Positions 58,660 through 64,000 of a stretch of 64,000 nucleotides of DNA are shown here, in pieces; positions within the stretch are counted from its first letter, which is position 1; the number at the start of each line of letters is the position of its first letter. The DNA is taken from the IMG/VR virus record IMGVR_UViG_3300027741_000020. One strand, 5' to 3'. The translations under genes and the position numbers were made by a program. This DNA is from a virus. The notes beneath the pieces are model-generated. The model was not told the origin of the DNA and made no database searches. It was given only the letters and a program-made list of their open reading frames with translations.

Positions 58660-59748
58660 ATGAAATACGACTTAGATAGAATAAACAAATACATAGCAGA
58701 TGGCTTGATAGTGAAGCAAGACCACCCTGAATATCCAATATCAATTTACAATTATTCTCGTACGTGCCAGTACGAATCTAAATGGGATGATTTGACTATT
58801 GAATGTAGGGGACTGGTATTAGACAGAGAAGGTAATGTAATGGCTAAATCGTTTCCTAAATTCTTTAACTACGAAGAATTGGAAGGTATGACATTTAGAA
58901 CATCAAAGATACCAAATGAATCTTTTGAAGTGTTTGAAAAAATGGATGGCTCTTTGGGTATTGTGTTTTATTACGAAGGTAAATGGAGAGTAGCAACCAG
59001 AGGCTCATTCACATCGGAACAATCAATAATGGGAGCAGAGATATTAAAGAAGTATGATACCGATTTACTATCGCCCGGCTATACCTATTTGTTTGAGATA
59101 ATATACACTGGAAATAGAATAGTGGTTGATTATGGTAACTCCGAAAGAATGGTTATGTTGGCTTGTATAGATAGTTCAGCGGATGGAATTGAATCAGATA
59201 TACACATTCCTTACTATATGGATAATTTTGACGTAGTGAAAAAGTACGATGGTATAACTGATTTTAAGGAATTGAAAGAAAATATATCAAAGGATGCCGA
59301 AGGTTATGTAATCAGGTTCAAAGGTGGAATGAGAATGAAAATAAAAGGTACTGAATACATACGCTTACATAAAATACTAACTAACTTTTCATCCGTTGAT
59401 ATATGGGAGTTACTACGTGACGGTAAACCTTTGGATGAATTTTTAGATAGGGTGCCAGATGAATTTGATGCATGGGTAAAGCAAACCATAGGTAACTTAC
59501 GATACGCTAAATTCTCTATTGGTGAAAGGTATGGTAAGATATACGACCACTTCCGATATGGTAAGTATGGCGATGTATATCCGGAACCTACCAAAAAGCA
59601 ATTCGCTGAGTATCTTAAAAATACCGAACCTGCTTTGAGAGCAGTATGTTTCGCAATGTGGGATAAGAAACCATATGACCACATCATATGGAAACTAATC
59701 AAACCAAAATACGATAAACCATTTTTAAAAAACTTTAAAGAAATATAA
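58660..59748 (+). CDS. RNA ligase (T4 Rnl1-like)
   Basis: YNYS...CRGLV...FPKFFN; EKMDGS; LFEII; EGYVI; KIK. Confidence 0.92.
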   Translation: MKYDLDRINKYIADGLIVKQDHPEYPISIYNYSRTCQYESKWDDLTIECRGLVLDREGNVMAKSFPKFFNYEELEGMTFRTSKIPNESFEVFEKMDGSLGIVFYYEGKWRVATRGSFTSEQSIMGAEILKKYDTDLLSPGYTYLFEIIYTGNRIVVDYGNSERMVMLACIDSSADGIESDIHIPYYMDNFDVVKKYDGITDFKELKENISKDAEGYVIRFKGGMRMKIKGTEYIRLHKILTNFSSVDIWELLRDGKPLDEFLDRVPDEFDAWVKQTIGNLRYAKFSIGERYGKIYDHFRYGKYGDVYPEPTKKQFAEYLKNTEPALRAVCFAMWDKKPYDHIIWKLIKPKYDKPFLKNFKEI

Positions 59749-59750
59749 AT

Positions 59751-60863
59751 ATGAAATTAGCAACTATCTACAAAAGAACAGAGACAGGTAAAACGCAAGA
59801 GTGGACTATTGAAGTAGTGGGTAATAAGTATCGCACCATATCAGGTCAGACTGACGGTAAGAAAGTTATCAATGAATGGACTGTAGTGTTCGGTAAGAAC
59901 GCCGGTAGAGCAAATGAAACTACCGATAAAGAGCAAGCAATGAAAGAGGCTGAAGCAAAACGCAAGTTGAAGTTGGAGCGTGGTTACTATGAAACGATTA
60001 GTAACATTGATGAAACACAATACTTTAAACCGATGTTGGCTAAAGATTGGAATGATGAAAAACACAAAGTGGAGTTTCCAATACATTCTCAACCAAAGCT
60101 TGATGGTATTCGTTGTATCGTTAAAGAGGACGGAATGTGGACTCGTAATGGCAAACCAATCTTATCAGCGCCACATATATTTGAAGGGCTTAAGCCGTTG
60201 TTTGAAGCAAATCCTGAATTGATATTTGATGGGGAATTGTATTGTGATAAGTTGGCTAATGATTTCAACAAAATTGTTTCATTGGTAAAGAAAAGCAAAC
60301 CAACGGCTGATGAACTTAAAGAGAGTGCAGACGTTATTGAGTATCATATTTACGATTTACCAAGTTACAAAACGAATTTCTTCGGCAGACAGAATCAGTT
60401 GGCAATTATGGAAAAGCATGATAAGGTATTCCGTAATACGAAGTGTGTGGTTGTAGATACTAGATTAGCAACTAATGAAACTATGTTAATGAAGTTGTAC
60501 GAAATGTATATGGAGCAGGGCTATGAGGGACAGATGTTAAGAGTGAATGATATGTACGAAAACAAACGTAGTAAGTTTCTGCTGAAACACAAATCATTTC
60601 AGGACGATGAATACGAAATTATTGATGTAGTGGAAGGCGAAGGTAATCGGACTGGTACGTGTGGATATATGGTATTCCAAACGGAAGATGGCCAAACTTT
60701 CAAATCAAATGTAAAGGGTACGTTTGAAGAAACCGCACAAATGTTGAAAGACCGTAAGAAGCTAATTGGTAAATCGGCAACTATAAAATATTTTAACTTA
60801 ACACCAGCAGGTATACCCCGTTTTCCTTATGTAATCAAAATAAATCGTGAAGAATATGAATAA
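59751..60863 (+). CDS. ATP-dependent DNA ligase with N-terminal WGR-like domain
   Basis: PMLA; QPKLDGIR; FDGELY; EGQML; LLKHK; C-terminal PRFP. Confidence 0.93.
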   Translation: MKLATIYKRTETGKTQEWTIEVVGNKYRTISGQTDGKKVINEWTVVFGKNAGRANETTDKEQAMKEAEAKRKLKLERGYYETISNIDETQYFKPMLAKDWNDEKHKVEFPIHSQPKLDGIRCIVKEDGMWTRNGKPILSAPHIFEGLKPLFEANPELIFDGELYCDKLANDFNKIVSLVKKSKPTADELKESADVIEYHIYDLPSYKTNFFGRQNQLAIMEKHDKVFRNTKCVVVDTRLATNETMLMKLYEMYMEQGYEGQMLRVNDMYENKRSKFLLKHKSFQDDEYEIIDVVEGEGNRTGTCGYMVFQTEDGQTFKSNVKGTFEETAQMLKDRKKLIGKSATIKYFNLTPAGIPRFPYVIKINREEYE

Positions 60864-61116
60864 GCAAATGCCAACAGTAGAATGGCTTAATGATAAAATA
60901 ATTGGACTTGATGTAGAGTTTGATATGACTTTAATTAGTAGAGAAACTTATTGGGTTAGGAGAAAAGAAATTTTAGAACAAGCTAATAAAATGTTTGAGC
61001 AGCAGATAATTGATGCTTACGACAAAGGTTTCAGTTTTGGAGTTGCGATGCTCAAAGAGAAACAAGAAGAATACATAAGTGGTGAAAAATATTACAATCA
61101 AAATTTTAATAAATAA
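60856..61116 (+). CDS. Hypothetical phage protein
   Basis: KQMPTVEWL...MFEQQIIDAY...EKYYNQNF. Confidence 0.7.
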   Translation: MNKQMPTVEWLNDKIIGLDVEFDMTLISRETYWVRRKEILEQANKMFEQQIIDAYDKGFSFGVAMLKEKQEEYISGEKYYNQNFNK

Positions 61117-61119
61117 ACA

Positions 61120-61344
61120 ATGACATATCAAGAGGCTTATAAACAAGCATTAGAAGTAGAATGGAAAGTAGAACCTTGCTTTTCGGGAGAACAATGTTGG
61201 TGTAGATTGATTGTTCCAAAAGTTCCTATTAAATTTGATAAAGATGATATAGAAGAAGTATGTATAGTTTCATCGGCATCAATTAATAAAGCTATGGCAG
61301 AATATATAGTAGAATTACATAATAATAAAATAAATAAACAATGA
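61120..61344 (+). CDS. Hypothetical protein
   Basis: CFSGEQCWC; AEYIVELHN. Confidence 0.7.
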   Translation: MTYQEAYKQALEVEWKVEPCFSGEQCWCRLIVPKVPIKFDKDDIEEVCIVSSASINKAMAEYIVELHNNKINKQ

Positions 61345-61568
61345 TACCAAAACAAAAAGCAGAAGAATTAGTACATAGATATAGAATGTTATTTATGAAT
61401 GATGGCGAAGATTATGGAAACGAAATTATAGTAAGTCTACTTTCAAAACAATCTGCTTTAATATCAGTTGATGTAGTATTGGAAGGATTGAATACAGTAA
61501 ATGAAAAATATAATAAATTTGGAATTGAATATTATCAACAAGTTAAGCAAGAAATAATAAAGCTATGA
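61341..61568 (+). CDS. Hypothetical phage protein
   Basis: MIPKQKAEELV...YYQQVKQEIIKL. Confidence 0.7.
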   Translation: MIPKQKAEELVHRYRMLFMNDGEDYGNEIIVSLLSKQSALISVDVVLEGLNTVNEKYNKFGIEYYQQVKQEIIKL

Positions 61569-61712
61569 ACAATACTATAACGAAACATTCGGAGGGGCTG
61601 GGGAGACCAGTCGTTAAATAGGAAAATTTCTTGATAGTTTAAATAAAATGCTTTTAAGGTACTACCAGTGCCTAATAAATTAATAAATTAATAAATAAAT
61701 AAACCAAACAAA

Positions 61713-61952
61713 ATGAAAAAGTTATTAGGGGTAGCAATTATTGCGGCAATGGGGATTACGGGATGTTACAAAGAACCACAAACCACAAATATAGAAGGCA
61801 ATGGAATTAAGGTAGACCTCCTATTCGAGCACGATGGTATAAAGGTGTACCGATTCTACGATGGGAGCATTCCTCATTACTTTACGAATAAGGGCGAGAC
61901 CAGTACAACTCAACAGGTAGGAAAGACCGGTTACGAAGAAACCATTAAATAA
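61713..61952 (+). CDS. DUF4884-like lipoprotein
   Basis: Lipobox ITGC; LLFEHDGIKVYRFYDG...HYFT. Confidence 0.75.
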   Translation: MKKLLGVAIIAAMGITGCYKEPQTTNIEGNGIKVDLLFEHDGIKVYRFYDGSIPHYFTNKGETSTTQQVGKTGYEETIK

Positions 61953-61966
61953 AAAAACAAAACGTT

Positions 61967-62275
61967 ATGAGTAGTGAATTGTATATAACAAATCTAACAA
62001 AGATAATCGGCCGGCGGATACCCTATACGGATTGGTACATCTATTTTGCAGATGTAATCCTTGATAAATACATCTTTGGGTGCCAGAATGGAGTGGGTGA
62101 CTCAGTACTGGTTCGATTAGATAGAAGTCCAACCCTTAATGAATACGGCTTCGTTTGCTACCGTTTTGGTAGTGGTAGTCAGGTAGCAGGGGATTGGTTT
62201 GCTGATATAGATAATGCAGTAGATGCGATTGGAGGAGAAATACTACATGATAGTTACCTGCAGGTACCTTTTTAG
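61967..62275 (+). CDS. Hypothetical protein
   Basis: 102-aa ORF. Confidence 0.65.
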   Translation: MSSELYITNLTKIIGRRIPYTDWYIYFADVILDKYIFGCQNGVGDSVLVRLDRSPTLNEYGFVCYRFGSGSQVAGDWFADIDNAVDAIGGEILHDSYLQVPF

Positions 62276-62481
62276 AGATGGCCTGTAAAAATAAAAAATA
62301 AAAATTATGAAGCGAATAATAAGAATACCATTTGGAATTATCTTATGTCCCATCACGGTATTAATGGGAAGTATAATGTGGTTGTTTGAAGAACGTATGT
62401 GTTACTCCGAAGTATTGGAATTGACTTGGTACTTAGTAACCGGCCAATGGAATAAATTACCTGATTAAATAAAATTAAACA

Positions 62482-62754
62482 ATGAATAAAATAGAACACG
62501 AACTTAAATGGTCAATAGAAAGTAATTATCTTGATGGATTCTTTTTTAATGGTGAAGATGAATGTATAAGAGAATTAGATGTTGATGCGGCAACTAAAAA
62601 ATGTTTTGAAAGTATAGAAAGACATTGTAAAGCATTTGCTGAATGGCTAAATATTAATGAATATATGTTAATTGATAACATTTGGTTTAATTTAGGACAT
62701 GTTACTATTTTAACAACAGAACAACTTTTTAAACTTTATATTGAACAATTATGA
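62482..62754 (+). CDS. Hypothetical protein
   Basis: 90-aa ORF. Confidence 0.65.
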   Translation: MNKIEHELKWSIESNYLDGFFFNGEDECIRELDVDAATKKCFESIERHCKAFAEWLNINEYMLIDNIWFNLGHVTILTTEQLFKLYIEQL

Positions 62755-62912
62755 TACAACCTAAACAAGAGAATAGTTATGTAGTATTTGAAATTTCTGA
62801 AAATGATGGGTTATCTCAACTTAGTAATCCTATTTCTACTTTAGAAAAAGCAAGAGAATATGTTAAGGCTTGGAAAACCAAAACATTATACATTTATCAA
62901 TTAATAGAATAA
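62751..62912 (+). CDS. Small hypothetical protein (53 aa)
   Basis: Manual translation MIQPKQENSYVV...; first 15 nt identical to ORF 62915. Confidence 0.55.
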   Translation: MIQPKQENSYVVFEISENDGLSQLSNPISTLEKAREYVKAWKTKTLYIYQLIE

Positions 62913-62914
62913 TT

Positions 62915-63238
62915 ATGATACAACCTAAAATACAAGAAGTATATGTAGAATTTACAGACTCAGTATTTAATGAAGAATACAATGGATTTACATTATGTAA
63001 TTCTAATGGAAAATATATTCAAGATTTAGTTGAAATGAATTGCTATTGTTTCACACCAGAAGAATTTGAACAATTCAAAAGAGAATTTGGTAAAGAGTTA
63101 TTAGATAAAGCTGCTGATAATGCTAATATACTTACTCAAGATGAGTGCCCAACTAAATCTATTCAGGACTTTACTTGGATTGACAAAGAATCAATCACAT
63201 CTGTATTAGATGATTATTTACTAAAAAATAAAATATGA
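62915..63238 (+). CDS. Hypothetical protein
   Basis: Start MIQPKIQEVY preferred over the upstream alternative. Confidence 0.65.
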   Translation: MIQPKIQEVYVEFTDSVFNEEYNGFTLCNSNGKYIQDLVEMNCYCFTPEEFEQFKREFGKELLDKAADNANILTQDECPTKSIQDFTWIDKESITSVLDDYLLKNKI

Positions 63239-63459
63239 AAATTAATAATAAAAAAGAATTTGAAGAATTTTATCCATATTCAAAAGACCAAATTAAAAAT
63301 TACCCAAAAGAATATCCTTGTTTATGTAAATGGACTTTAGAAGGTGGAGGATTAATGGGTGAATATAAACAAACACATGTATTATACTTTCCTAAAAATA
63401 TTACAGTTGAAGAAGCATTTTTATTAGGTGTAAAAGGTCAATGGGAAGAATTGGATTAA
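63235..63459 (+). CDS. Hypothetical protein
   Basis: 74-aa ORF. Confidence 0.65.
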   Translation: MKINNKKEFEEFYPYSKDQIKNYPKEYPCLCKWTLEGGGLMGEYKQTHVLYFPKNITVEEAFLLGVKGQWEELD

Positions 63460-63493
63460 ATAGTTATTTAAAACAGAATAAAATATTAGAATT

Positions 63494-63799
63494 ATGAAAA
63501 TAACAGCAACATTATTTGAAAAGACATATCGTGGAGAGAGAGTTTCTATACCTATTTCTGATCTACCTCCAGAGTTATTAATACCTGAGAATAACATAAT
63601 GATAAATGTTGAAAGAGGAGAATTTGGTAATAGTGGTTGGGATGAAGGAGAAACCCATGTAGTTATAACTCATTATAGAGAACAAACAGAAGAAGAAAAG
63701 AAACAATTTAAACTTCATTTGGAAGCATTAAAAGCTAAACGTACAGAAGAAAGATATACAGAGTATCTAAAACTTAAAAAAGAATTTGAAACAAAATAA
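63494..63799 (+). CDS. Hypothetical protein
   Basis: 101-aa ORF. Confidence 0.65.
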   Translation: MKITATLFEKTYRGERVSIPISDLPPELLIPENNIMINVERGEFGNSGWDEGETHVVITHYREQTEEEKKQFKLHLEALKAKRTEERYTEYLKLKKEFETK

Positions 63800-63805
63800 A
63801 CAATT

Positions 63806-64000
63806 ATGACAATAGAACAATTTAACGAAAAATATAAAGATTATTTAGAAGAAGGACATTATGGATTAAGTTTAGGAGATGATGAATTTATCAAATGGTT
63901 AGACGGACAATTTGAAAAGTTTATTACATACCCAGGCTTTAAGTTTACACAAATAAAAGAAAAGTTTGGGATGGGTAGATTTTATTGTGATGGATTACCA
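63806..64000 (+). CDS. Hypothetical phage protein (3' truncated by window)
   Basis: Open to window end; QIKEKFG motif. Confidence 0.65.
   Translation, partial: MTIEQFNEKYKDYLEEGHYGLSLGDDEFIKWLDGQFEKFITYPGFKFTQIKEKFGMGRFYCDGLP

Overview
The window is part of a large lytic dsDNA phage genome (T4-like replisome), and all supported genes are on the + strand. The host is almost certainly Bacteroidota: about a dozen TTTG-N20-TAnnTTT(G/A) promoters, secreted proteins that start with Gln after the signal peptide, and Bacteroidota-type small protein families. Layout: (1) 1-6.2 kb, replication (PolB C-terminal part, sliding clamp, dUTPase, GIY-YIG endonuclease, clamp loader, PD-(D/E)xK nuclease). (2) 6.2-29.5 kb, a ~23 kb glycosylation island with about 11 glycosyltransferases, a ColD/Fcl/GT11 colitose- or fucose-type set, a DegT-FabH-SDR-GNAT acyl-aminosugar set and a C-methyltransferase. 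(3) 29.5-43.7 kb, putative virion cargo, Mom-like DNA modification, outer-membrane beta-barrels, GroEL, a membrane protein cluster and a GH19 endolysin. (4) 44.2-47.9 kb, a dense non-coding RNA island: tmRNA, tRNA-Gly, tRNA-Glu, three non-canonical tRNA-shaped RNAs, a ~880-nt ornate GOLLD-like RNA, a kissing-loop RNA, further structured spacers, and an ORF bracketed by a perfect 19-bp inverted repeat. (5) 47.9-64 kb, vWA/MoxR pair, RNA repair genes, DNA ligase and an array of small accessory ORFs, with three co-varying ~78-bp palindrome-plus-promoter modules. The best candidate for an undescribed system is the tRNA-punctuated ncRNA island. All structures were derived by eye and family names are from motif recall; none were checked by search.
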